Shown here one piece after another: positions 28,182 through 37,392 of a DNA stretch of 64,000 nucleotides (positions are counted from its first letter, which is position 1; the number at the start of each line of letters is the position of its first letter). The stretch comes from an uncultured delta proteobacterium. Its GTDB lineage: Bacteria > Myxococcota_A > Polyangia > Fen-1088. The DNA lies in NCBI GenBank assembly GCA_963767925.1, contig CAVYGB010000006.1:256001-320000 (forward strand), in the 5' to 3' direction. The position numbers were made by a program, and so were the translations under genes. Below the pieces are notes generated by a model. The model saw only the letters and a program-made list of their open reading frames with translations, had not been told where the DNA came from and did no database searches.

Positions 28182-28990
28182 CGCTCTTCTTCCTCGGGGC
28201 GGGCGCCACGTTGACTGCCGATGGCCGCGCGCAACTCGGCCGCTACCAACGCCAGCAGCTCGGTCCGACTCGTGTTGACGAAGAAATGGCCACCGGGCAA
28301 AAGGTGCAGACGGAAGGCACCGTTGCCGTGTTCCCGCCACGCCTCGAGCTCGGGGGGGTCGATCCCCCCGTCCGAGAGCCCGCCAAAGGCGGTGATGGGG
28401 CAGCTCAAGGGGGCCTCCTCGAGATAGGCGTAGCGCTCGACCGCCTGGAGGTCTGCTCGTAGCAGCGGCGTCATCACCTCCATGAGCGCGGCGTTCTGCA
28501 GCACCTCGGCCGGCGTGCCCTGCATGCTCGCCAGGGCAGCGACAAAGTCCGCCTCGGGGAGCAGGTGAAGCTCCGGGCGCCGGCGGGGCCGGTGCGGCGC
28601 CCGGTGGCCCGACACCATGACCTGGACCGGTGCTTTCCCTTCCTCACGCCGCCAGCGCCTGGCCAGTTCGAAGGCGACGATCGCCCCCATGCTGTGGCCA
28701 AAGAAGGCGACTGGCCCCGACAGGAACGGTCGCAATCCAACCCACAGATCGTCGATCAAGGCTCCGATGTCCCGGTGAGCCGGCTCGCGAAGGCGCGCAC
28801 CCCGCCCGGCCAGCTCGACGGCCAGGACGTCGACGCCCGCCGATAGCCCGGCGGACCAGGCTCGAAACAGGTGGGCCATGCCCCCGGCGTGAGGAAAGCA
28901 GAAGAGCCGCAGGCGTCCGGCAGGCGCGGTCGCCATCGGATCGATCCTCGTCTGGGGCAGATATCGGGAGAAGAACCGGGGGAGGGTCAT
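28154..28990 (-). CDS. Type II (editing) thioesterase
   Basis: LFCFPHAGG, FGHSMG, LLRADL, PGGHFF. Confidence 0.95.
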   Translation of the reverse strand: MTLPRFFSRYLPQTRIDPMATAPAGRLRLFCFPHAGGMAHLFRAWSAGLSAGVDVLAVELAGRGARLREPAHRDIGALIDDLWVGLRPFLSGPVAFFGHSMGAIVAFELARRWRREEGKAPVQVMVSGHRAPHRPRRRPELHLLPEADFVAALASMQGTPAEVLQNAALMEVMTPLLRADLQAVERYAYLEEAPLSCPITAFGGLSDGGIDPPELEAWREHGNGAFRLHLLPGGHFFVNTSRTELLALVAAELRAAIGSQRGARPEEEERCVHLSQIP

Positions 28991-29038
28991 GGGTGCACCA
29001 TCAGGGAGGTCAAGGCGATGGGCCGGAGGGCGACCTGG

Positions 29039-30766
29039 TCAGACGCTGTTGAGGGCGGGGGCCCGCACCAGCTCGTCCCACTCGACGCGTCCGCGTTCCA
29101 GCTTGATCACCCGATCCGCGACGTCGAAGTAGCGATCGTCGTGGGTGATCACGAGGACGGTCTTGTTTCGGTCGCGAAGCTCGGGGAGCAACTTGTGGTA
29201 AAAAACCTGGCGGAAGCTGGGATCCTGGTCCGCGGCCCACTCGTCGAACACGTAGATCGGACGATCCTCGAGGGTGGCCAGCACGAGGGCCAGCCGCTTG
29301 CGCTGGCCCTGTGACACCTCGAGGGTAGAGAAGCGGCGGTTGACGAGCTTCACCTTTTCCCCGAGCTGCAAACGATCGAGCTGGGCCCGGCCATCGACCT
29401 CGAGTCGCTCCTCGACTGGACCCACCAGCCGGTTGAACAGATGGTAGTCGGCGAAGATGCCGGAGAAGTGCTGACGGTACTCATCACGGTTGGCGCTCGT
29501 GACCGGGACACCGTCGAGGCGGATCTCCCCCGCGTGAGGCTCGTAGAGGCCGGTCAGGAGCTTGGCGAGGGTGGTCTTTCCGCTGCCGTTGCCGCCGACG
29601 ATGAACACCATCTGTCCAGCGTAGAAGCTCAGGTCCAGCGGGCCGACGGCGAAGCTCTCGCTGCTGGGCTCACTCTGATAGACGTGTCGGACACCGAGGA
29701 GCTGAAGCTGACGCCAGGGACGCGGCGATCGGGCTCGGGCGGACGGCTCCAGGGGCGAGCTCGTCAGCGACAGACCCAGGGCACGTACCTTCTCTGCCGC
29801 CACGAACGCCCGGCTGAAGCTGGGCAGGTTGTTGAGGATGATGGTGAGCGGCGTGATCATGAACAAGATGGTCAGGGCGTAGCCGGTTATGGATGCTCGA
29901 TCGATGGCCAGGACCGCGGGGGAGGCGAAGAGGATTAACCCGATGAAGAGGAAGAAAAGGATCTGCCCCCAATTGCCCGCGGCCAGGGCGTAGGTGTTGG
30001 CCAGGACCGCCCTTCGCCGGATGGCCTCGACGGGCGGCTCCAGCTCCTCTTGCAAGAACAGCCGGCGGCGCTCTCGGTTGAGCTTGAGCTCCTTGGCCCC
30101 CTCGGTCAGGCCACGAAAGGCCGCAAACATCCGATCCCACTCCTCGCGCAGTCGCCGGAAGTGGCCGAGCGACTTCCGCGCCGGGACGGCGTGGGTGAGG
30201 ATGCCGAAGGCCATGAAGGCGAGCACCGCCAGCAGCAGAGGGCGAGACAACCAGCCCAGGTAGGCGAGACAGCCGGCCATGATCCCGAGCTGCATGAGCA
30301 CCACGGGCAGGGCGGTTATCGCCGACGTGACGCTTCCGATGTCGTCGGTGAAGGTGGCCAGTAGCCGGGCCGCCCCGATGTCCTCGAGCAAGCGATACGG
30401 CGCGTCCAGGACCTGTCGAGCCATCCGCAACCGGAGCTCCTTGGCCGCCCGCGAGGTCAGCCGGACCAGCAGGACTTGCGAGCCGAACCCGGCCAGGGGA
30501 ACGAGCAGGCAGAGGACGGCGAACATCCCGGCCAGCGGGTGATGGCGCGAGCTGTCCAGGCCGGCCCCCAGGACGGCGTTGATCACGGCCACCAGCGCCG
30601 TGCTGCCCAGCCCCGCGAGGAGCCCGCTCAGGGTGGCCAGGATCACCGTGAGACGGGCGAACCGGGTCCCCTGCGACCAGCGCAACAGCACCGAGATGAG
30701 GCGACCTAGGCTTTGCAAGGACGACTCCTTGTTCGCGCTGGACGAACGTTCCACAGCATGTTCCAA
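29039..30766 (-). CDS. Cyclic peptide export ABC transporter (SyrD/PvdE/YojI family)
   Basis: Fused TM domain and NBD; GGNGSGKT, SQGQRKRLAL, FDEWAADQDP, ITHDDRYF. Confidence 0.95.
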   Translation of the reverse strand: MEHAVERSSSANKESSLQSLGRLISVLLRWSQGTRFARLTVILATLSGLLAGLGSTALVAVINAVLGAGLDSSRHHPLAGMFAVLCLLVPLAGFGSQVLLVRLTSRAAKELRLRMARQVLDAPYRLLEDIGAARLLATFTDDIGSVTSAITALPVVLMQLGIMAGCLAYLGWLSRPLLLAVLAFMAFGILTHAVPARKSLGHFRRLREEWDRMFAAFRGLTEGAKELKLNRERRRLFLQEELEPPVEAIRRRAVLANTYALAAGNWGQILFFLFIGLILFASPAVLAIDRASITGYALTILFMITPLTIILNNLPSFSRAFVAAEKVRALGLSLTSSPLEPSARARSPRPWRQLQLLGVRHVYQSEPSSESFAVGPLDLSFYAGQMVFIVGGNGSGKTTLAKLLTGLYEPHAGEIRLDGVPVTSANRDEYRQHFSGIFADYHLFNRLVGPVEERLEVDGRAQLDRLQLGEKVKLVNRRFSTLEVSQGQRKRLALVLATLEDRPIYVFDEWAADQDPSFRQVFYHKLLPELRDRNKTVLVITHDDRYFDVADRVIKLERGRVEWDELVRAPALNSV

Positions 30767-30779
30767 GCGACGGCCATCC

Positions 30780-31025
30780 TCAGCGGTCGAGGCCTGTCTT
30801 CTCCTCGACGAGCTGGCGGCGCACGCTGAGCGGCCGCATGTCGGTCCAGGTCTCTTCGATGAAGGCCAGGCACTCGGATCTCGTTCCCGTCTTGCCAGCG
30901 GGTCGCCAGCCCAGGGGCAGCGGCCGGGCGGCCGGCCAGATCGAATATTGCTCTTCCAGGTTCATCACGGCCTGGTAGGGGGTCGTTTCGTCGTCAGGCT
31001 GGCTCATCGTGCTCTCGTCCTTCAT
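30780..31025 (-). CDS. mbtH: MbtH-like protein
   Basis: [10 protein letters not shown]...PLGW...[16 protein letters not shown]. Confidence 0.97.
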   Translation of the reverse strand: MKDESTMSQPDDETTPYQAVMNLEEQYSIWPAARPLPLGWRPAGKTGTRSECLAFIEETWTDMRPLSVRRQLVEEKTGLDR

Positions 31026-32425
31026 TGGCTGGCGCGCAGCTCCCGGCTGGCTCGGATGGCTCCCCTCCGGACGGCGACGATGGTCTGCTTCTCGTCGGCG
31101 AGGACGGAGGCGATCACGTCGCGGAAACGCTGGATCAGCCGGCTGACCGTCGCTGCCTCGAAGACCCGGCTGTCGTAAACCGAGCGAAGCAGCAACCTCG
31201 GCCCGGGCTCGATGACCAGCATCAGCGGATAGCTGTTCCGCTCGATCGAGCTGGCGGCGACGATGCGGGGCGACCCCATGCTGGCCAGGGCCGCGTTCAC
31301 TGGATAGTTCTGGAAGACGACCACGCTGGAAAAAAGCGGCGTGCCCCGGGGAACCTCGCTGCTCTGCTGGATGTCCGGCAGCGACATGTATTCGTAGCGA
31401 CGGGCCTCGGCCTGCTGGACTTGCAGCTCCTGCAGCCAGGGCACCACCGGGGCATCCATCTCGATGCGCGCGCGAACCGGCAAGTTGTTGATGAACAGGC
31501 CCACCATGCTCTCCATCCCAGGCAGCTCCACGGGGCGTCCGGCGACGACATTCCCGAAGACGACGTCATCGACTCCGCTCTGCTGGGCCAGATGGAGGGC
31601 CCAGGCACCGAGAATCACTGTATGAGTGGTCACCCGGTGCTTGCGCGCGAAGGCCTTCAGCGCGGCCGTCTCGCCCTCCTGCAGCGATACCTCCTGCTGG
31701 CGGTACACGTCCTCGGTAGGGGTGGCCGGGACAACCTGGTCCTCTCCGATGGAGGTCGGCGCGACGAACCCCTGCAGCGTCTTGCGCCAGTACTCACGAC
31801 CCCGCACCCGGTCCTGACGTTCGAGCCAGTCGATGTACCGTCTGAACGGCAGGGGCTGCTTGAGCCGGAGCGCCTGGCCCCGGGCCAACGCCCCGTAGAT
31901 GGCGATGACCTCGGCGAGGACGACCGCCACCGACCAGCCGTCGAGCAGGGTGAGGTGGTAACGCCAGATGAACTGGTAACGGTCGGGCCCGCACTTGATG
32001 AAGGTGGCCTCGACCAGAGGCGGACTCGAGAGATCGAAGTCCCGGTGTCGCCCTCGCTGCAGCAGCTCCTCGAGCCGCTGTTCCTGATCGGCCCGGCTGA
32101 GGTCCGACCAGTCATATTCCTGCCAGGGGAGCGCCACCCTCCGTAGCACCATCTGCCGCGGTTTGCCCTGCTCATCGGTCACGAAGCCGGTGCGCAGGAT
32201 CTGGTGCCGGCCGATCACCTGCTCGAAGGACTGTCGAAACGCGGAGGCGTCGACTTCTCCCTCCAGGGCGTAGCTCTGCTGGTTGATATAGGCCCCGGAA
32301 TTGGGGGCATTGAGACTGTAGAACAGCATCCCTTCTTGCAAGGGAGTGACGACGTAAACGTCCTCGATCCGTTCGTCAACCAGCGGCTGCGGCTTGAGCA
32401 GGGCTGGTTTCGAGTTGAGTCTCAT
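31022..32425 (-). CDS. Stand-alone condensation domain (DCL-like) with atypical active site HLTLLDG
   Basis: Start reassigned to MRLNSK (32425). [67 protein letters not shown]. No A or T domain. Confidence 0.9.
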   Translation of the reverse strand: MRLNSKPALLKPQPLVDERIEDVYVVTPLQEGMLFYSLNAPNSGAYINQQSYALEGEVDASAFRQSFEQVIGRHQILRTGFVTDEQGKPRQMVLRRVALPWQEYDWSDLSRADQEQRLEELLQRGRHRDFDLSSPPLVEATFIKCGPDRYQFIWRYHLTLLDGWSVAVVLAEVIAIYGALARGQALRLKQPLPFRRYIDWLERQDRVRGREYWRKTLQGFVAPTSIGEDQVVPATPTEDVYRQQEVSLQEGETAALKAFARKHRVTTHTVILGAWALHLAQQSGVDDVVFGNVVAGRPVELPGMESMVGLFINNLPVRARIEMDAPVVPWLQELQVQQAEARRYEYMSLPDIQQSSEVPRGTPLFSSVVVFQNYPVNAALASMGSPRIVAASSIERNSYPLMLVIEPGPRLLLRSVYDSRVFEAATVSRLIQRFRDVIASVLADEKQTIVAVRRGAIRASRELRASQ

Positions 32426-32503
32426 GTTGCAGGTCGTTCCTTGGCTGGTTGGGGACGTTCGGGATCGCGCAAGCTTGGAGATGGGGCGGCGGCGCCGTCT
32501 CCG

Positions 32504-32665
32504 GGCAGGCTGCCGCCAGGACCGCCTCATCCCCTTCCTCGCGCGTGCCGCTGACCCGAGCTGCCCGCGCGTTGCGAGCTGGCCGGTGAAGTCCGTCGCG
32601 GCAGCTTCGTCCCGAGATTTGCCACGGCGACGATCGCGCCGCACGTCTGCATTTTCGGTACGTGG
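32504..32665 (-). promoter_or_regulatory. Conserved leader copy B at the cluster head with ops-like element (32504-32518)
   Basis: Homologous to 7535-7690 in four collinear blocks; minus strand GGCGGCAGCCTG versus enterobacterial ops GGCGGTAGnnTG. Confidence 0.8.
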
Positions 32666-32728
32666 GGCAGAGGAAGGGCGCCGGCGGCGATTTGACTCGC
32701 GCCCGTGGTCGGGGGAAGACTCCCGCCC

Positions 32729-33757
32729 ATGTCATACTCCCGACGAGGGATCCTCGCCCTGGCGGGCGCTGGCGCGGCGGCGCCGCTCGGGCGGCGGGCG
32801 CGCGCGGACTGGGAGGCCAGCCAGCGGTACCCCGATCCGCGCATCCAGGTGCTCGATCCGGCGTTCGCCAAGTACCGGCTCAACCTGGCCAAGGTGGAGC
32901 GGCTGGCCACCGGGTTTCGCTGGTGCGAGGGGCCGGTCTGGTTCGGGGACGGGCGCTACGCGCTGTTCAGCGACATCCCCAACAACCGGATCATGAAGTG
33001 GGAGGAGGAGACGGGGGAGGTCAGCGTGTTCCGCAAGCCGGCCAACTTCACCAACGGCAACACCCGCGACCGCCAGGGCCGCCTGCTGAGCTGCGAGCAC
33101 GGCACCCGCCGGATCACCCGCACCGAATACGACGGCTCGATCACCGTCGTCGCCGACCGCTTCGAGGGCAAGCCGCTCAACTCGCCCAACGACGTGGTCT
33201 GCCGGTCGGACGGGTCGATCTGGTTCACCGATCCGCCCTTCGGCATCCTGGGCTACTACGAGGGCTACCAGGCCAAGCAGGAGCTGCCGACCAACGTCTA
33301 CCGGGTCGACGGCAAGACCGGCAAGCTCACGGTGGCGACGGGTGACATCAGCCGCCCCAACGGCCTGGCCTTCTCGCCGGACGAATCGAAGCTGTACGTG
33401 GTGGAGGCCGGCACCACCCCCCGCATCATCCACTCCTTCGAGGTGGCCGACGGCGGCGCCCGGCTCACCGGCAAGCGCAAGCTCATCGACGCGGGCGCGG
33501 CCGGCACGCCCGACGGCCTCCGCTGCGACGTCGACGGCAACCTCTGGGTGGGCTGGGGCATGGGCAAGGAGGGGCTCGACGGGGTGATGGTGTTCTCGCC
33601 CGCTGGCAAGGCCATCGGCCGCATCGACCTGCCCGAGCGCTGCGCCAACCTCTGCTTCGCCGGGCCCCAGCGCAACCGGCTGTTCCTGGCTGGCAGCACC
33701 TCCATCTATTCGCTGTTCATCAACACCCAGGGCGCCGCCCCGCCCCGCACCGCCTAG
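32729..33757 (+). CDS. SMP-30/gluconolactonase/LRE family protein with Tat-like signal
   Basis: SRRGIL signal; EGPVW, FSDIP, NSPND, FTDP, PNGLAFSPD, PDG. Confidence 0.93.
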   Translation: MSYSRRGILALAGAGAAAPLGRRARADWEASQRYPDPRIQVLDPAFAKYRLNLAKVERLATGFRWCEGPVWFGDGRYALFSDIPNNRIMKWEEETGEVSVFRKPANFTNGNTRDRQGRLLSCEHGTRRITRTEYDGSITVVADRFEGKPLNSPNDVVCRSDGSIWFTDPPFGILGYYEGYQAKQELPTNVYRVDGKTGKLTVATGDISRPNGLAFSPDESKLYVVEAGTTPRIIHSFEVADGGARLTGKRKLIDAGAAGTPDGLRCDVDGNLWVGWGMGKEGLDGVMVFSPAGKAIGRIDLPERCANLCFAGPQRNRLFLAGSTSIYSLFINTQGAAPPRTA

Positions 33758-33855
33758 AGAGCCCCGAACAATCACGGCTTTATCGACCGGTATCGGGGAG
33801 GTGCCCGATGCGGGCCGCCCGGCGCGTTAGCAGATTGGTTGCAGGGAGGCGTACC

Positions 33856-34437
33856 ATGTGGCTGATCGCGTTGTGGGTGTGGGGAGGGGCGCTGCCGGCC
33901 GGAGAGGCGGCGCCGGCCGGGGCGGTCGAGGAGCCGCTCGAGGCCGAGGTCGAGGCGGCCGCCGAGGCGGAGACCGGGGTGAACCAGGTGCCGGTGCGGA
34001 TCTACGTCCGCAACGAGATGAGCAATCGGCTGCGCCTGGTGGAGGCCCGGGTCGTGCTCGACGACATCGAGGTGGTGCACGAGACGGCGCGGCCGGCGCA
34101 GGAGCTGGAGCGCAGCTTCAGCGCGCTCGAGACGGTGGTGCCGCCCGGCGATCACGCCTTGACCGCGACCCTGGTCTACGTGGCGAAGAACGCCGGTCCC
34201 TTCAACTACCTCGAAGGCTACCGCTACCGGGTGCAGACGGTGTACCCGTTTTCCCTCGATGGGGTGCGGGAGCCGGCCTCCCTCCACCTGGTGGCGCGCG
34301 AGCGGCGGGGGCCCAACCTGGCGCCCGAGCGCCGGCTGGTGCTCGAGGCGATGAGCACCCCCGGATCGGGTGTCACGCCCCTGCCCGGCGTGACCCGGGC
34401 GAGCGGCCAGAACGTCGTCCGCGCCCCCGCGCCCTGA
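33856..34437 (+). CDS. Hypothetical secreted protein
   Basis: GGAGG SD before ATG 33856, signal-like N-terminus, GC-rich third positions; no family recognised. Confidence 0.7.
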   Translation: MWLIALWVWGGALPAGEAAPAGAVEEPLEAEVEAAAEAETGVNQVPVRIYVRNEMSNRLRLVEARVVLDDIEVVHETARPAQELERSFSALETVVPPGDHALTATLVYVAKNAGPFNYLEGYRYRVQTVYPFSLDGVREPASLHLVARERRGPNLAPERRLVLEAMSTPGSGVTPLPGVTRASGQNVVRAPAP

Positions 34438-34491
34438 CCGGGCGATAGCTCTGGCGCCCGCACCGGGTATATTCCCCGCCAGGTGGAAGAC

Positions 34492-37386
34492 ATGGACGGC
34501 ACAGATCATGACAGGGCTGGCCGGGGCCGCAAGACGCCCCGGGTGGTCCTCGTGCTCGGCGCGATCGCGCTGGCGCTCGCGCTGATCGTGGTCGGCGCGG
34601 GCTTCGGCATCGAAGGCTTCGTCAACAAGAAGAAGGACGCCGCGCTCGCCGATCTGTCAGCGCAGCTCGGCCGGCCCGTGACGACGGGGCGGGTGCGGCT
34701 GGCGCTGCTGCGCGGGCGGGTGGAGGTGCGCGACATCCTGGTCGGGCGCGACCCCACCGTCCCCGCCGAGCCCGATCCCGCCTTCCACCTCGACCGGGCC
34801 TACCTGGCCATCGACCTCGGATCGGCCATCTCCTCCCTCGGCAAGCGGGTGGTCGTGCAGGACGTCCTCGTCGAGCGGCCGCTGGTGCAGGTCGTGCGCC
34901 ACCCGGACGGCACGCTCAACTGGCAGAAGATCGCCGAGCGGCTCGACACCGGCCCGCCGGAGGAGCCCGCGCCGCTGGACCCCGCCACCCGCGAGCGGGT
35001 CGAGGGGCTGGTGATCCGCAACGTGCGCATCGACGACGCCAAGATCCGGTTCGTCGACCTGGCCCGGCAGGGCGCGGCCGCCGAGATCGCCGACCTCGAT
35101 CTGGCGGTGGCCAACGTCTCGGTCAAGGGGCCCTTCGAGGCCCGCGTCTCGGCCGCCGTGCTGGCGGCCAGCAAGAACTTCGACTTCCGGGCCCGCTTCG
35201 CCGCCGCCCCCGCCGGGGGCGCCGAGCTGGCCGGGCCGCCGCTCGAGCAGGTCACGATCAAGCTCGAGCCGATGCCCCTGGCCCCCCTGGCCCCCTTCCT
35301 GGGTGCGCTGGCCGGCGCGGGCCTCGAGGAGCTCGCCGAGGGCAAGCTGGCGATGGACTTCCAGGCGGCGCCCGGCGCGGCGGCGCCCGGCGGGCGCGGC
35401 CCCACCTCGGTGCGGGGGTTCGTGGGCCTGGAGGGCCTCAAGTTCGCGGGCGGCGAGCGCTTCGACGCCCGCCTGCAGACCGACGTGGGCGGCGACCCTG
35501 GCCAGGGCACGCTCGAGGTCAACGAGATCAAGGCCCAGCTCGGCACCATGGGGCTGCGGATCACGGGCAAGCTGTCGGACCTGCAGGGGGCCCCGCGCGC
35601 CGACGCCCTCAGCATCGTGTCCGAGGGGCTCGACTTCACCCGCCTGCGCGGCTACTACCCGCCCCTCGACCGCACGGCGGGGGCCGAGCTGCGCGGGCCC
35701 TTCTCCATCGAGGCCCAGGGCCAGGGCAGCGCCGAGCAGCAGCGGCTGACCGCCCGCCTCGACCTCACCACCGCCTCGGTCAACGTGCCGGGGCAGCTCC
35801 GCAAGCCGGCCGGCACCCCCTTGCACCTGGAGCTGCGGGCCACCGCGGGGCCGGAGGTCGTGCGGGTCGAGCGGCTGGCCCTCACCTTCGCCAAGCTCGT
35901 GATGACCGCGACGGCCACCCTGCGCACCCAGGGCACCGGACCCAAGGCCCGGCGCACCTTCGAGGCCACCCTCGACGCCCCCACCTTCGCCGTCCGGGAG
36001 GTGGGCGCGCTGGTGGCCCCCAAGGAGACCGCGGATCTGCCCGACATGCGGGTGGCTTTCAAGGCGAAGGCCAGCGGCACGGTGGGCCGGCCGGAGAGCA
36101 TCAAGGCCGAGCTGCCCGAGCTGCGCCTGCTGTCGGGCAAGTCCGACCTGACCGGCCGCCTCAGCGTCGAGAACGCGGTCAAGCCGCGCATCAGCTTCGA
36201 CGGCCGGTCCAGGTACCTCGACGTCGACGACTTCGTCCCCGCCGCCAAGCCGGCGCCCGGCGCCGCCGAGGCGAAGAAGTCCGACGCCGCGGCCGGCAAG
36301 AAGGCCGCCGAGCCCCTGCCCCCCATCGTGCGGGACCTCGAGGGGACGGTGAAGCTGGCGGTCGAGCGCGGGCGCGCCTCGGGGATCGACTACCAGAACC
36401 TGCGCACCGACGTCACCCTCGAGCAGGGGCGGCTGCAGGCCCGCACCCTGGAGGTGGGGGCCTTCGGCGGGCGCTTCTCGGGCGCCGGCTCGGAGCTGCC
36501 GCTGCCGGGGGCGGCCGAGCCCTTCGTGGCCCGCGGCGAGGTCGAGGGGCTCGACGTGGCCGCGGTGATCGCCCACTTCTCGCGCGACACCGGCATCTTG
36601 ACCGGCAAGCTGAGCGGCAAGCTCGACCTCAACGGCGTCTCGCTCGAACCCGAGCAGATCCTGCGCACGCTCGGGGGCACCCTCAGCGGGCGGGTGGCGG
36701 ACGCCCAGTTCCTGCCGGCCAACCTCGTCGAGCCGATCATCCAGGCCCTCGAGACCGTCGCCAAGGGCCCCGCCCTGGCCGCGCTGCAGGGGGCCTCGGA
36801 GCGGGTCACCCTGCTGCGCGACCGGCGGCTGCGCGACCTGGCCGGTGGGCTCCGTTTCGCCGACGGGTCCATGACCATCACCACCCCGCTCAAGGCCCAG
36901 ACGCCGAGCGGGCCGCTCAGCCTCGCCGGACGCATCGGGCTCGACGGGGTGGCCGATCTCGACGCCGAGCTGGCGCTGTCGCCCGAGACCGCCTCCGCCA
37001 TCCTCGGCGGGCGGGCGCGCTTCGATGGGCCAGTGCCGGTGCAGCTTCGCATCGAGGGCCCCCTGCGCAAGCCGCGCATCCGCCCCCAGCAGCCCACCGC
37101 GCTGGCCAAGGTGTTCCTGACCGCGCTGGCCAAGTCGACCGCCGGCGAGGCGCTGCGGGCCAAGGCCAACGAGGTCAGCCAGCGGGCCAACGAGGCGGTC
37201 CAGCAGCAGACCGCCAGGGCCAACGAGGCCGCCGACAACGCCAGGAAGGCCGCCGAGCAGCGCGCCCGCGAGGAGGCCGAGAAGGCGCGCGAGGCCCGCA
37301 ACGCCGCCGAGCAGCGCGCCCGCGAGGAGGCCGAGAAGGCGCGCGAGGCCGCCGGCCGCAAGCTGCGCGGCATCCTTGGCCGCTGA
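34492..37386 (+). CDS. AsmA/DUF748-family protein
   Basis: N-terminal TM anchor, long beta-rich body, AsmA-like C-terminal region, coiled tail. Confidence 0.8.
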   Translation: MDGTDHDRAGRGRKTPRVVLVLGAIALALALIVVGAGFGIEGFVNKKKDAALADLSAQLGRPVTTGRVRLALLRGRVEVRDILVGRDPTVPAEPDPAFHLDRAYLAIDLGSAISSLGKRVVVQDVLVERPLVQVVRHPDGTLNWQKIAERLDTGPPEEPAPLDPATRERVEGLVIRNVRIDDAKIRFVDLARQGAAAEIADLDLAVANVSVKGPFEARVSAAVLAASKNFDFRARFAAAPAGGAELAGPPLEQVTIKLEPMPLAPLAPFLGALAGAGLEELAEGKLAMDFQAAPGAAAPGGRGPTSVRGFVGLEGLKFAGGERFDARLQTDVGGDPGQGTLEVNEIKAQLGTMGLRITGKLSDLQGAPRADALSIVSEGLDFTRLRGYYPPLDRTAGAELRGPFSIEAQGQGSAEQQRLTARLDLTTASVNVPGQLRKPAGTPLHLELRATAGPEVVRVERLALTFAKLVMTATATLRTQGTGPKARRTFEATLDAPTFAVREVGALVAPKETADLPDMRVAFKAKASGTVGRPESIKAELPELRLLSGKSDLTGRLSVENAVKPRISFDGRSRYLDVDDFVPAAKPAPGAAEAKKSDAAAGKKAAEPLPPIVRDLEGTVKLAVERGRASGIDYQNLRTDVTLEQGRLQARTLEVGAFGGRFSGAGSELPLPGAAEPFVARGEVEGLDVAAVIAHFSRDTGILTGKLSGKLDLNGVSLEPEQILRTLGGTLSGRVADAQFLPANLVEPIIQALETVAKGPALAALQGASERVTLLRDRRLRDLAGGLRFADGSMTITTPLKAQTPSGPLSLAGRIGLDGVADLDAELALSPETASAILGGRARFDGPVPVQLRIEGPLRKPRIRPQQPTALAKVFLTALAKSTAGEALRAKANEVSQRANEAVQQQTARANEAADNARKAAEQRAREEAEKAREARNAAEQRAREEAEKAREAAGRKLRGILGR
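37249..37350 (+). repeat. Exact 48-bp duplication (54-bp period) encoding AAEQRAREEAEKAREA twice
   Basis: 37249-37296 is identical to 37303-37350. Confidence 0.9.
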
Positions 37387-37392
37387 GCGAAC

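Noticed and set aside
593..32146. Long plus-strand ORFs across the cluster (593..3316, 4023..6092, 8254..10287, 12250..14532, 22941..25205 etc.)
   Set aside because: Antisense shadows of high-GC minus-strand genes; no recognisable motifs.
1..32425. Assigning the cluster to microcystin, cystomanamide, microsclerodermin or a known siderophore
   Set aside because: Only individual parts resemble these pathways; module order and substrates do not fit as far as I can recall, and a database comparison is needed.
32626..32642. GG-N10-GC sigma54-like spacing in leader B
   Set aside because: Poor match to TGGCAC/TTGC and not conserved in leader A.
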